Source of the DNA: Polyangia bacterium
GTDB lineage: Bacteria; Myxococcota_A; Polyangia; Palsa-1104; JAEUJZ01
NCBI GenBank assembly: GCA_044222245.1
Contig: JBGANQ010000054.1
Location: forward strand, 813 to 64,812
DNA: 64,000 nt
Reading direction: 5' to 3'
The position numbers and the translations under genes are program-made. Each line of letters starts with the position of its first letter. Positions within the stretch are counted from its first letter, which is position 1. This document shows positions 54,855 through 64,000 of the stretch, one piece after another. Below the pieces are notes generated by a model. That model searched no databases. It was not told the origin of the DNA and saw only the letters and a list, made by a program, of their open reading frames with translations.

Positions 54855-57047
54855 TCATCGCGCGATGCGGCGCGGGCGCAGGCTGCTCAGCAGCACCGAC
54901 ACGCTGGACAGCGACATCGCCAGGCCGGCGATCATCGGCGACAGCGACCAGCCGAGCACCCCCGCGGCGAGCGGGATGCCGAGCGCGTTGTACGCGAAGG
55001 CCCACGCCAGGTTCTGCCGGATCACGCGCATCGTCGCCCGCGCCAGACGCAGCGCCGCCGGCAGCGAGCGCAGGTCGGCGCGCAAGAGGGCCAGGTCGGC
55101 CGCCGCCAGCGCGGGCGCATCGTTGACGCCGTCGCCCACCATGGCCACCGCGCGTCCCTCGCGGCGCAGCGAGCGCACGATCTGCGCTTTGGCCGCGGGC
55201 GTCGCTTCGGCGAGCACGCGCTCGATCCCGAGCTGGGCGGCGACCCGCTGCGTCGGCGCGGCCAGATCCCCGCTCAGGATCACCGGCTCTAAGCCGAGCT
55301 GCCGCAGCTCCGCGATGGCCGCCCGCGCCTCCTCGCGCAGCGTGTCGCCAAGACCCACGCTGCCGATGAGCGCACCGTCCGCCGCGATCAGCACCGGCGT
55401 CAGCCCCGCGACTGCCTGCGTCCGCCCAAGCTTTCCCGCATCAAGCCCCAGCTCGGCCGCGAGGAAGGCGGCACTCCCCACCAGGATCGTGCGCCCCTGG
55501 ACCTGCGCAGCGATGCCGCGGCCGGGCGTCGCTCTGAATCCGGTCGCCTGCGGCACCGCGAGATTTCGCCTGTTTGCCTCCGCCACCAGGGCGCGGCCCA
55601 GGGGATGCTCACTGCCGGCTTCGACGGCAGCGGCTAGGGCCAACAGCGAGTCTTCGTCCATCCCAGCGGCCGCGGCGACGGACTCGACGCGCAGCCGCCC
55701 CTGGGTCAACGTGCCGGTCTTATCGAGGACCACGGTGCGGATCCGGCTCGCGCGCTCCAGCGCTGCCGCATCGCGGAACAGCACCCCAAGCTCTGCGCCG
55801 CCCCCGGTTCCGACGAGCAGCGCCGCGGGCGTGGCCAGCCCGAGCGCGCACGGGCAGGCGATGACCAGCACCGCTACCGCATGCACGAGCGCCGCCGCGA
55901 GCCGCGTCGGGACCGGCGCGTACAAGAACCAGCCGACAAAGGTCGCCACGGCCACCAGCAGCACCAGCGGCGTGAACACCGCGCTCACTTGATCCGCCAG
56001 CCGCGCAATCGGGGCCCGCGTTCCCTGCGCTCGCTCGACGGCCGCCGCGAGCTGCGCCAGCGCCGTATCGCGGCCGACCTGCGTCGCCCGGTAAATAAGG
56101 CGTCCCGAGCTGTTCATCGTCCCGGCATAGAGCTGCGCGCCCTTGGCCTTGGCGACCGGCACGCTCTCCCCGGTCAGCATCGACTCGTCCACCGCCGACT
56201 CGCCTGCGGTGACTTCGCCATCGACCGGGATCGCGCTGCCCGGCCGGACGACGATCAGATCGCCGCTGCGGAGGGTCGACAGCGGCACCTCCCGCTCGCG
56301 TCCCGCAAGGAGCACCACCGCCGTCTGCGGCAGCAGCGTCCGCAGCCGTCGCAGCGCCTCGCCAGCGCGGGCACGAGCGCGTGACTCCAGGAGCCGGCCG
56401 AGCAGCACAAAGCCCAGCACCGCGACCGCTGCCTCAAAGTAGATCGTAGGTCCGTGCGCCGCATGACCGCCGTCGCCCGGCGCGCGGAGCAGCATCGCCG
56501 CCGGGTACAAAAAGGCGGCGCCGCTGCCAAGCGCAACCAGCGTGTTCATGTCCGCGGCGCGGTGGCGCAGCGCCGCCCAGGCGGCCCGAAAGATCGGTGC
56601 CCCGCTATAGGCGATCACCGGCAGCGAGAGCGCGAGCTGGACCCAATCGGAGCCCGGAAACCGCAGCGCGCCGTGGGACATGCCGAGGACCACGACCGGC
56701 ACACCCGCCCCCGCGGCCACCAGCAGCCGGCGGCGCAGGTCGCGTTGCTCCGCCGCCTCTTGGTCTCCTTCTGCAAGGGAAGATTCGCTCGAGCTCTCGG
56801 TGGGCGCTGCGCGATAGCCGGCCGAATCGAGCGTGCGGGCGAGCGCGTCCAGCGAGGTCTGCGACGCATCAAACTCGATCGTGGCGGTGCGCGTCGCGAG
56901 GTTCACGTTCGCGGTCGCGACGCCCGGCGCGCCGGTGAGCGTCGTCTCGACGCGGCGCACGCAGCCAGCGCAGGTCATGCCATAGACATGCAGCGCGCCG
57001 CTTGTGCCCGACGGCGGCGCTGGCACGGAAGATAGGGACTGGTTCAT
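54855..57047 (-). CDS. copA: Cu(I)-type heavy-metal P1B ATPase, with an apparent in-frame deletion in the P-domain
   Basis: HMA domain GMTCAGCVRRVE, the CPC motif (IACPCALGLATP), DKTGTLT and GDGVNDAPAL. The ATG at 57045-47 is preceded by AGGAGG. AAAD is followed directly by LALLRADL, so the usual VGIAMG-GTDVA-E-AD block is missing. Confidence 0.8.
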   Translation of the reverse strand: MNQSLSSVPAPPSGTSGALHVYGMTCAGCVRRVETTLTGAPGVATANVNLATRTATIEFDASQTSLDALARTLDSAGYRAAPTESSSESSLAEGDQEAAEQRDLRRRLLVAAGAGVPVVVLGMSHGALRFPGSDWVQLALSLPVIAYSGAPIFRAAWAALRHRAADMNTLVALGSGAAFLYPAAMLLRAPGDGGHAAHGPTIYFEAAVAVLGFVLLGRLLESRARARAGEALRRLRTLLPQTAVVLLAGREREVPLSTLRSGDLIVVRPGSAIPVDGEVTAGESAVDESMLTGESVPVAKAKGAQLYAGTMNSSGRLIYRATQVGRDTALAQLAAAVERAQGTRAPIARLADQVSAVFTPLVLLVAVATFVGWFLYAPVPTRLAAALVHAVAVLVIACPCALGLATPAALLVGTGGGAELGVLFRDAAALERASRIRTVVLDKTGTLTQGRLRVESVAAAAGMDEDSLLALAAAVEAGSEHPLGRALVAEANRRNLAVPQATGFRATPGRGIAAQVQGRTILVGSAAFLAAELGLDAGKLGRTQAVAGLTPVLIAADGALIGSVGLGDTLREEARAAIAELRQLGLEPVILSGDLAAPTQRVAAQLGIERVLAEATPAAKAQIVRSLRREGRAVAMVGDGVNDAPALAAADLALLRADLRSLPAALRLARATMRVIRQNLAWAFAYNALGIPLAAGVLGWSLSPMIAGLAMSLSSVSVLLSSLRPRRIAR

Positions 57048-57346
57048 GGGAAGCCTCCTGCAAAAGCGCGGTAGTAGTCGCTCTGACCCTGCAGACGCAG
57101 GCCCGCGCCGGGCATTACACCGGGCGCGCGGCGACCCGATCAGGATCAGTCGCTCTGCCGAGCACCTGCAGCCCGACCGCGGCGCTATGAGGGCTGGCGG
57201 CCAGCCGGGAAGCCGCGGCTGCCGCTGCTTGAGGACGAGCTCTTGCGGGAAGGTTCCCCTTGGCGCAATCGCCGCCTCATGCACCTCAGGGGGCCGGGAA
57301 CGCGAGGAAAGCCGCAGGGACTGCCCAGTGGGAACGCGACCGCGAC

Positions 57347-58684
57347 CTAGACCACTCGCCAGCGCCCGGCGACGAAGCTGCCGATGAGCAGGAGGAACAG
57401 CACCGAGATCATGCAGACCATCAAGACTGGATACTTATCGAGGATCTTCAGCCAGGTGTTGGTCGCCTGCTTCAGGAGCGTGACCGGACACTCGATCGGA
57501 ATGCGGCCGTCGGCGCGGCGCTCCAGACGCTCGATCATCGCCTGGACCGACGGGTAGCGCTTTGCCGGATCTTTGGCCAGGCCGGCGCGCACAAACCAGG
57601 TAAGGTCCATCGGCGGCGCCGCCTGGTAGGGACTCTTGACCATGGAAGCGAGTGGGGCCTCTTGGCTCGCAACCCCGGCGAGCATCTCTTTGAGCGTCTT
57701 CCGCTCCGCCAGGTAGTGCTTGAGGCAGAGTAGCTCGTGAAACAGCACGCAGAGCGCATAGATATCACTGCGCTCGTCGACCGGCTGACCGCTCGCTTGC
57801 TCTGGCGACATGTAAGCGGGGGTGCCGATGATCGCTCCTTCCTGGGTCGCAAACAGCGGAGCCTGCGGGCTGTCCGGCGCCGGCGTCTCCGGGACCGCGG
57901 GGCTCGGCTGGGCCGTCTCGGGGCCGCGGACCATCTTGGCGATGCCCCAGTCCATGAGCACGACCTCACCGAAGGCCCCGACCATGACATTGGCAGGCTT
58001 GATATCGCGGTGGACGATCCCATTGGCATGGGCGAAGGCGACCGCCTTGAGGATGCCGACAAAGAGCTGGGCGCGCTGCTCGAAGCCGTAGCGCTGGTGG
58101 TAGTCGCGGTCACCGGCAGCGAGCTTCTGGATGATCGATTCCAGGGTCTCACCGTCGATGTACTTCATGACGAAGTAGTATTCGCCCTTGTCGTCGACGC
58201 CGACGTCATGGATGGGAATGATGTTGGGGTGCTCGAGACGGCCGATCGTGCGAATCTCTTCGACAAAGCGGACGAGGTTACTGGTCGACTTGGCGGGAGT
58301 CCGCAGCCGCTTTATCGCCACAGTGCGCCCGATGTCGTTGTCCGCCGCGCTCACGACCTCACCGATACCGCCGGCCCCCAGGCGGCGCAGCTCCTGGTAG
58401 CGGCGCTTGCCTTTTACTACGAGAGTCGGCTCGTTTTCGACAAGCTCCAGCTTAGGGAGGATGGTCGAGCGCACCGCCGCTGCCGCTCCGGTGCCCAGGC
58501 GCAGCGGCGGCGCGGCGTCGGCGTCCACGGTGTCCCCATCGGCCGTGACAGGGGGCTTTTGCGCGTCCCGCTGGTCTGCGCCGCCGGGCTGGAAGTCTAC
58601 GGTATCCAGCGTGTGGTCGTCCGTCCCAGCAGAAGTGGCGGGCACTGCGGCGGGCTTCACCGAGCTGTGCTTGCGATCCCCCAT
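57347..58684 (-). CDS. Hanks-type Ser/Thr protein kinase with a C-terminal TM anchor
   Basis: LGAGGIGEV...VAIKRL, HRDIKPANVMV, DWGIAK and GTPAYMSPEQ. The ATG at 58682-84 is preceded by GGAAGGA. Confidence 0.85.
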   Translation of the reverse strand: MGDRKHSSVKPAAVPATSAGTDDHTLDTVDFQPGGADQRDAQKPPVTADGDTVDADAAPPLRLGTGAAAAVRSTILPKLELVENEPTLVVKGKRRYQELRRLGAGGIGEVVSAADNDIGRTVAIKRLRTPAKSTSNLVRFVEEIRTIGRLEHPNIIPIHDVGVDDKGEYYFVMKYIDGETLESIIQKLAAGDRDYHQRYGFEQRAQLFVGILKAVAFAHANGIVHRDIKPANVMVGAFGEVVLMDWGIAKMVRGPETAQPSPAVPETPAPDSPQAPLFATQEGAIIGTPAYMSPEQASGQPVDERSDIYALCVLFHELLCLKHYLAERKTLKEMLAGVASQEAPLASMVKSPYQAAPPMDLTWFVRAGLAKDPAKRYPSVQAMIERLERRADGRIPIECPVTLLKQATNTWLKILDKYPVLMVCMISVLFLLLIGSFVAGRWRVV

Positions 58685-58809
58685 ATCATTCCTTCCTGGT
58701 GGCCTTCCTGGTGGCAGCGTTGGCGCAGCGGTCGCCTGCGGGCCAGCCACCGGATAAGATCATCACCGAGACTGCCTCCTACGTTAGCACAGACTTTTTG
58801 CGGGGCCGG

Positions 58810-60138
58810 CTACGGGTAGCGCTCGAGCAGCGGCGTCGGGTGGCTGTGGTCGTCCAGCACCTGGGCGAGGGCGCGCCGGAAGTCCAGGCGCGGCCGCAGG
58901 CTCGACAGCACTGCCAGCACGCTCAGCCGCTGCCGCCACAGCAGCAGCGCCGCCGGGGGCAGCTCCAGCTGGTGGCTGTGCACCAGGCGCCAGGTGGTCT
59001 CGCCCAGGAGCTTGACGAAGTCGGCGGTCAGCTCGACCTCGCCGCGGTGCAGAAAGGGCGAGCCGAGCAGGTTCTCCCAGGTCCGGTAGGTGCTGCTGTT
59101 AAACGAGGTCATCGACGGGATGAGGCCCTGCTGATAGGCGGCGTAGCGCATCGCCTCGCCGTCGCGGTGGATCATCGCCAGCCACAGGTCGCGGTCGGCG
59201 GCGCGCAGCGCGGCGGGCAGCTCGGCGGTGCAGCCGAAGTCGACAAAGCCCACCCGCGCCTCGCCGCGCGGACCGGGCGTCGCGTCCAGGATCAGGTAGT
59301 TGCCGGGGTTGGGGTCGGCGTTGACCAGGCCATGTACCAGCGGACTGGCGAAGGCGAAGCGGAAGATCGTGCGCGCGACCGCCGAGCGCGCCGTCAGGTC
59401 GCCCTGGCGGATGAGCTCGGGGAGCGAGCGGCCGCGCAGGCGCTCCATGGTCAGCACGCGCGCGGTGCTGAGCTCTTTTATGACCTTGGGAATGACGATG
59501 GTGTCATCGTCGCTAAAGGCGCTGCCGAAGCGGCGCAGGTGGCTGGCCTCGGCCTCGTAGTCGACCTCGGCTAGAAGGTGGGTGCGCAGGGCGGCGATCG
59601 ACTCTGCCGGCAGCGCTCCGCCCAGATCGCCGCCGACGAGCTGGCGCAGCACCCCGCGCGAGTCCAGGTCATCCTTGAGCGCCGCGGCAACCCCGGGATA
59701 CTGGACCTTGACCGCCAGCTCGCGGCCGCTGCGGTCCACCGCGGCGTGCACCTGACCCAGCGAGGCCGCGGCGAGCGGCGTCGGCGCGAAGCTGGCGAAC
59801 AGCTCCTCGGGCGGTGCCCCCAGCTCCTCGCGCAGGACCTTGGTTATCGCCTGCGGCTCGTCTCCCGGGGCGTGATCCCACAGCTGCGAGAGCAGCAGCT
59901 GCGCCTCGGGTCCAAGGGCCGCCGCGCCCTGCAGGTAGGCGCGCAGCTGGGCGATCTTGGCGACCCCGCCGCGCAGCCCCGCGGCCGAGCGCGACAGCTC
60001 CTCGGCCTCGGCCACCTGCGCCGCCCGCAGGTCGGCCGCATCGTCGAGCTGGGGGTTAAAGACGCGCCGCAGCTCGGTGCCCAGGCGCCGCAGCCGGGCG
60101 GTGGTGAAGGCCCACAGGCGCTGCTGCGCGCGGCTCAT
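58810..60138 (-). CDS. ABC1/UbiB-family atypical kinase
   Basis: [12 protein letters not shown]...[10 protein letters not shown] and [14 protein letters not shown]. Confidence 0.85.
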   Translation of the reverse strand: MSRAQQRLWAFTTARLRRLGTELRRVFNPQLDDAADLRAAQVAEAEELSRSAAGLRGGVAKIAQLRAYLQGAAALGPEAQLLLSQLWDHAPGDEPQAITKVLREELGAPPEELFASFAPTPLAAASLGQVHAAVDRSGRELAVKVQYPGVAAALKDDLDSRGVLRQLVGGDLGGALPAESIAALRTHLLAEVDYEAEASHLRRFGSAFSDDDTIVIPKVIKELSTARVLTMERLRGRSLPELIRQGDLTARSAVARTIFRFAFASPLVHGLVNADPNPGNYLILDATPGPRGEARVGFVDFGCTAELPAALRAADRDLWLAMIHRDGEAMRYAAYQQGLIPSMTSFNSSTYRTWENLLGSPFLHRGEVELTADFVKLLGETTWRLVHSHQLELPPAALLLWRQRLSVLAVLSSLRPRLDFRRALAQVLDDHSHPTPLLERYP

Positions 60139-60271
60139 CGGCGGCGCCTCGCGCGGCGGGCGACCGCGGCGGACGGGGCGGGAGCTGGCATCCGTGGGTG
60201 AGGGCTTGTAACTGGCGACAATGCAGACCTCGGGTTGGGCAGGTGGTTTTCGCGCGGCACCAGCGTCCGGG

Positions 60272-61990
60272 CTAGCGGCAGAACGCGCGGCCGTAGTCGG
60301 CCGGAATCTGCAGGGCGCTGTCCTGACTGCAGCTGTCGGCTGGATTGTACGTCACGCCGCGGTAGGCGCGGCAGACCTGGCCTGGCTCGTCGCCGCAGCG
60401 GCACGACCAGACCACCCGGCTCTGCGGGTAGTCGATGGTGGTGAAAAGCCGCGACAGCACCGAGAGGCCGATCACGCCGTCGACCTGCGGACCATCGCTG
60501 CGGATGTCGGCGTTGGCCGACTGCAGCACCCGCGCCGTGTCGGGGACGACCAGGGCGTCGAGCAGGTCGGGGGCGGCAGGCGGCGGCGCCACCGCCTCGT
60601 ACTGCGGGCCGCCGAGCTCGACGACCGCCGCCACCGGCGACTTGTGATCGTCGCAGGCGTACTGCGGATCGGGGCCGCTGTAGCCGCAGCGGCGCGAGGT
60701 CATGTTCGACTCGCGCTGCAGGTTGACAAGGCACGCCTCGCTGCGGCAGTCGGCGTGGGGACCCAGCACCAGGCTGGGCAGCGCCGAGCGCTGGCGGCGC
60801 GAGCGCGCCAGCTCGCCGCACGCCGACAGGTAACGCTGCCGCGCCACCAGGGCCAAGGCGGTGCGGGTAGCGCTGCCGAGCTTGATCGGACAGGCCTGCT
60901 CCGCCTCCTCATCGCGCTGGTGCAGGCCGGGCAGGCGCAGCTTGATCTTGGGCCCGCTGCACTGGCAGCGCGCCGGATCGGCCAGCCGCTCGCAGGCGGT
61001 CTGCGACAGGATGAGATCCGGCAGCGCCGTGCTGACCAGGAACTGCATGTCGACCCCGGAGGGCAAAAAGGGCTCGCGCAGCAGCTTCTGGTTCTCGACT
61101 ACGTTGCCGAGCTCCACCAGGTCGGCGGTGCAGCTCGGCGCGCCGCTTCCCAGCTGGTTCAAGGCGTCCAGCTGCTTCTGGAGCGTCGCCAGATCCTGCG
61201 AGCTCTGGCTGGTGTTGGCCAGCGCCTCCATGAGGCGGGCCTGCGCCGCGGTCACTGCCCCCGGCTCCAGGCAGGTGAGCTCGCCGCCCGGCCGCAGCGG
61301 ATCGGCCAGCGGCTCGACGCAGGCCGCCACCGTGATGCGGGTCGCCGGGTAGGTGAGCACGGCGTCGCCGACCGCCACCGCCAACTGCCCGCCGAGCGGC
61401 CGGAACGGCAGCACCGCGTCATCGAGCTGGCACGAGGTCCCGATATCGCTGCGGGTAAAAGACAGGCTCACCTGGGTCGCCGCCCCGGTGCCGGCGAAGC
61501 GCACCCCCAGCGCGAAGCGCCCGAGCAGGTCACCGCCGATGACGCCGCCGAGCGGTCCGGTGCTGGCGGTGCCGCGGTCGAGGCGGAACTCGCTGGGAAC
61601 AAGGTCGGTGCGGATGAGGTTGGTATCGCACACCAGCACCCGCAGCGCCCCTTCGGTGCCGCTCGCGCTGCGGGTGTACAGGGCGACCTCGCCGTGGCGA
61701 AACGGCAGCGGCGGCACCTGCGCGGCCGGCACGAAAGCCGACAGCGGGGTCGCCGTGTCGACGAGCAGCACCGGCGAGCTCGACCCCGCCGGCGCGCTGT
61801 CATCGGTCGGCAGGCCGCAGCGCGGGCCGCGCGTCGGCTTCATGTCGCCGATCACGGTCACCAGCCGATCCTTGAGCTGTACCGGCAGCGGCAGCAGCAG
61901 GAACGTGTCGTGCCCCTGGCTGCAGCCGGCGGTGAGCGCGACCGCCCCCAGCAGCGCGCCGAGCGCCAGCTGGCCTGACCGCTGCGCCAT
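60272..61990 (-). CDS. Lipoprotein, possibly a degenerate two-lobed pepsin/retropepsin-like fold
   Basis: Lipobox LTAGC. Two G-V-I-G-x-x-x-L-x-R-(F/L) blocks (GGVIGGDLLGRF and DGVIGLSVLSRL), with VDTAT in place of the D-T/S-G motif. Many Cys residues. Confidence 0.6.
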   Translation of the reverse strand: MAQRSGQLALGALLGAVALTAGCSQGHDTFLLLPLPVQLKDRLVTVIGDMKPTRGPRCGLPTDDSAPAGSSSPVLLVDTATPLSAFVPAAQVPPLPFRHGEVALYTRSASGTEGALRVLVCDTNLIRTDLVPSEFRLDRGTASTGPLGGVIGGDLLGRFALGVRFAGTGAATQVSLSFTRSDIGTSCQLDDAVLPFRPLGGQLAVAVGDAVLTYPATRITVAACVEPLADPLRPGGELTCLEPGAVTAAQARLMEALANTSQSSQDLATLQKQLDALNQLGSGAPSCTADLVELGNVVENQKLLREPFLPSGVDMQFLVSTALPDLILSQTACERLADPARCQCSGPKIKLRLPGLHQRDEEAEQACPIKLGSATRTALALVARQRYLSACGELARSRRQRSALPSLVLGPHADCRSEACLVNLQRESNMTSRRCGYSGPDPQYACDDHKSPVAAVVELGGPQYEAVAPPPAAPDLLDALVVPDTARVLQSANADIRSDGPQVDGVIGLSVLSRLFTTIDYPQSRVVWSCRCGDEPGQVCRAYRGVTYNPADSCSQDSALQIPADYGRAFCR

Positions 61991-62171
61991 CCATGTAGAC
62001 CACACCCGCATTGGCTCCCGATGATAGGAGACCCTTGGCGCGCGGTCACAAAGAAGCGTCAGCGCAAAGCTTGCTTCGACGGCATCCGGCTTGCGGGCGA
62101 GTCGCCGCGGACGGCCGCTCGGCCCGGCGCCCCAGCCCAGCGGCCCGCCGGCGCTGCGGTCGCCGCGCCGG

Positions 62172-63257
62172 CTAGTGGTCGCGCAGCCGTACCGCCGGGA
62201 CGAAGTAGCGGCTGGCGGTCAGGCGCGACAGCAGTGGGGCCGGCCGGCTCGGCTGCAGCGGCGGCATGTACTTGTAGCTCTTGCGCCACCAGCGCAGCGG
62301 GCCGTTGTCGCGGCAGCCAAGGCCCCGATCGGTCGGCGAGCAGTAGATGCGCAGGTGCAGGTGATCGTCGTGCGGCAGCGAGTCGCCCGGCTGCTTGAGC
62401 AGCGCCTCGGCGCGGTCGAGCAGCTCCTCGTCTTCCTTGTGGTCGCGCGCATAGTCAAGGAGCAGGCGGCGCAGCCGGTTGTGCACAAACAGGTACTGGA
62501 CCTCGATCTCCGAGTCGAGCAGCAGCGCCCGCACGAGCGCCCAGTTGCGCCGCACGTCAAAGCGCCGCGGCGAGAACGCCCCGAACGTCACGCCCGGGGT
62601 CTCGTGCGGCGGGGTCGCCCACAGCCCCGGGCCGTAGCACGGCATGCTGTCGGCCGGGGCCACGGGCTTGCCGTCCTCGGCCAGGGCGTACCAGATCAGA
62701 TCCGCGTCGTGGCCGTTTTCGTGCGAGCGGTGCAGCTCGCTGTCGCCGCCGCCCTTGCGGGAGATGTCGGCGACCCCGAGGATGCTGCCCGGGTACTCCT
62801 TGGCGACCCGCCGCGCGGCGCGGCGGATGGCGTTTACCATCTCGTCGGTGCCGAAGTTGGCGCCGCGGTCCTGCCACAGCTGCGGGACGACATAGCCGTC
62901 CCCCTGCGCCAGGAGCCGCTTGCCGCGGCGCAGCGAGCCGTGGTTGAAGGTCCCAAGCGCCACCGAGGTGCCATCGGTGAGAAGGCCCGGCCCGAGGCAG
63001 CCGCTCAGCAGGCTGCCCAGAAGTCCGGTGACAAGCCCGGTCGCAAGCCGGGTGGACAGCCCGGTCGCGAGCCGGGTGACAAGCCCGGGCTGGGCCGCGC
63101 TGCGCGTCCGCGCCGCGGCTCCTGGCGAGCGCTCAGTCCCCCCATGAACGTGAACCGCGTGGCGATCGGACACGAAGCTGATTATGCCATAACCGGCCGC
63201 TACTTTTACACCCCCATCATTTCGCGCACTTACCTGCCGCGCGGCCAAAGGGTGCAA
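62172..63257 (-). CDS. mepA: Penicillin-insensitive murein endopeptidase (M74, MepA-like) lipoprotein
   Basis: ISRKGGGDSELHRSHENGHDADL and PHDDHLHLRIYC match MepA metal-binding blocks. The exact start is uncertain. Confidence 0.7.
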   Translation of the reverse strand: MHPLAARQVSARNDGGVKVAAGYGIISFVSDRHAVHVHGGTERSPGAAARTRSAAQPGLVTRLATGLSTRLATGLVTGLLGSLLSGCLGPGLLTDGTSVALGTFNHGSLRRGKRLLAQGDGYVVPQLWQDRGANFGTDEMVNAIRRAARRVAKEYPGSILGVADISRKGGGDSELHRSHENGHDADLIWYALAEDGKPVAPADSMPCYGPGLWATPPHETPGVTFGAFSPRRFDVRRNWALVRALLLDSEIEVQYLFVHNRLRRLLLDYARDHKEDEELLDRAEALLKQPGDSLPHDDHLHLRIYCSPTDRGLGCRDNGPLRWWRKSYKYMPPLQPSRPAPLLSRLTASRYFVPAVRLRDH

Positions 63258-63273
63258 GCTCGCGCCCTAGTCG

Positions 63274-64000
63274 CTAGTAGAACGACACTGTGCGGCGGCT
63301 TCCCGTGTAGTCGATGTAGATGCTCTGCCACTCGGTGAAAAAGTCGAGCGCGGTCGTTCCCTGCTCGCGGCCGCCGACGCCGGTTTCCTTCAGGCCCCCA
63401 AAGGGAACCTGGGCCTCGCCGCCGACCGTGGGCGAGTTTACGTGCAGGATGCCGGTCTCGATCTGATCTATGTAGCGGAACACCCGCCCGACATCGCGCG
63501 TGTAGACCGAGGACGACAGGCCGTAGCGCGAGTCGTTGGCGACCGCGAAGGCTGCCGCCTCGTCCTCGACCGCGAGCACCGACAGGACGGGGCCGAAGAT
63601 CTCCTCCTGGGCCAGCCGGTGGTCGCGGCGCACCTCGCCAAACACCGTGGGGGCGACGAAGTTGCCGCCGGCGAGCTCACCGCCCAGGCGCTCGCCGCCG
63701 CACAGAAGGCGCGCCTCGCCCTTGCCGATCTCGATGTACTTGAGCACCGTGCCCAGCTGCTTTTCGTCGACCAGCGGCCCGACCTGGACGCCCGGGGTCA
63801 GGCCGTCGCCGACCTTGAGCGCCGCCGTCCGCTCCAGCACCTGCGCCGTGAAGCGCGCCGCAACCTCTTTCATCACCACCACGCGCGAGGTCGCGGTGCA
63901 GCGCTGGCCGCTGGAGTAAAACGCCCCCTGCACCGCCGCTGCCGCCGCCAGATCCAGGTCGGCGTCGTCGAGCACGATGAGCGCGTTCTTGCCGCCCATC
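63274..64000 (-). CDS. NAD(P)-dependent aldehyde dehydrogenase, 5' end off-window
   Basis: GGKNALIVLDDADLD...SSGQRCTATSRVVV (catalytic Cys), EEIFGPVLSV and PFGGLKETG. Confidence 0.9.
   Translation of the reverse strand, partial: MGGKNALIVLDDADLDLAAAAAVQGAFYSSGQRCTATSRVVVMKEVAARFTAQVLERTAALKVGDGLTPGVQVGPLVDEKQLGTVLKYIEIGKGEARLLCGGERLGGELAGGNFVAPTVFGEVRRDHRLAQEEIFGPVLSVLAVEDEAAAFAVANDSRYGLSSSVYTRDVGRVFRYIDQIETGILHVNSPTVGGEAQVPFGGLKETGVGGREQGTTALDFFTEWQSIYIDYTGSRRTVSFY

Noticed and set aside
60221-61978. 585-aa plus-strand ORF
   Set aside because: It is antisense to the lipoprotein gene at 60272-61990 and is Arg/Ala/Gly-rich.

Overview
This is a high-GC (about 70% by eye) bacterial chromosome segment. 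A MYXO-CTERM-like sorting tail, a eukaryote-like Ser/Thr kinase, carotenoid genes and many lipoproteins point to Myxococcota. All function calls come from motif recognition on the supplied translations, because no searches could be run.

About 55 genes are supportable. Many long ORFs in the track are antisense or out-of-frame artefacts of GC-rich DNA.

- **Flanks (1-27.8 kb and 44.2-64 kb):** mostly housekeeping genes, including DegT aminotransferase, pepA, ftsQ-like, crtC plus a glycosyltransferase, priA, polB, crotonase, amidase, Rieske oxygenase, UbiB-like kinase, mepA-like and ALDH. There is also a visibly decayed copper/metal-resistance cluster at 52.7-57.0 kb.
- **Centre (27.8-44.2 kb):** accessory DNA, and the most interesting part of the window.
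  1. Two tandem structured RNAs whose helices covary between the copies. They are Y-RNA-like, and one carries a tRNA-like T-arm.
  2. Directly downstream, a tightly coupled operon encoding a Ro60/TROVE-like vWA protein, a 371-aa unknown protein, a JAMM/MPN+ peptidase, a small ubiquitin-like candidate and a minimal E1/ThiF-like enzyme.
  3. A 2.9-kb integrase element (IE-1) has split the small Ubl-like gene. It is flanked by 17-bp direct repeats.
  4. A paralogous 6.9-kb integrase element (IE-2) carries kaiC-kaiB plus a PAS hybrid histidine kinase. It has split the neighbouring gene, is flanked by 18/19 direct repeats, and the two flanks rejoin into one ORF.

I have not seen a Ro/Y-RNA module combined with a Ubl/E1/JAB module described before, and it is my top candidate for a new system. 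Three apparent frameshifts mean that sequence errors and true pseudogenes cannot be told apart here.
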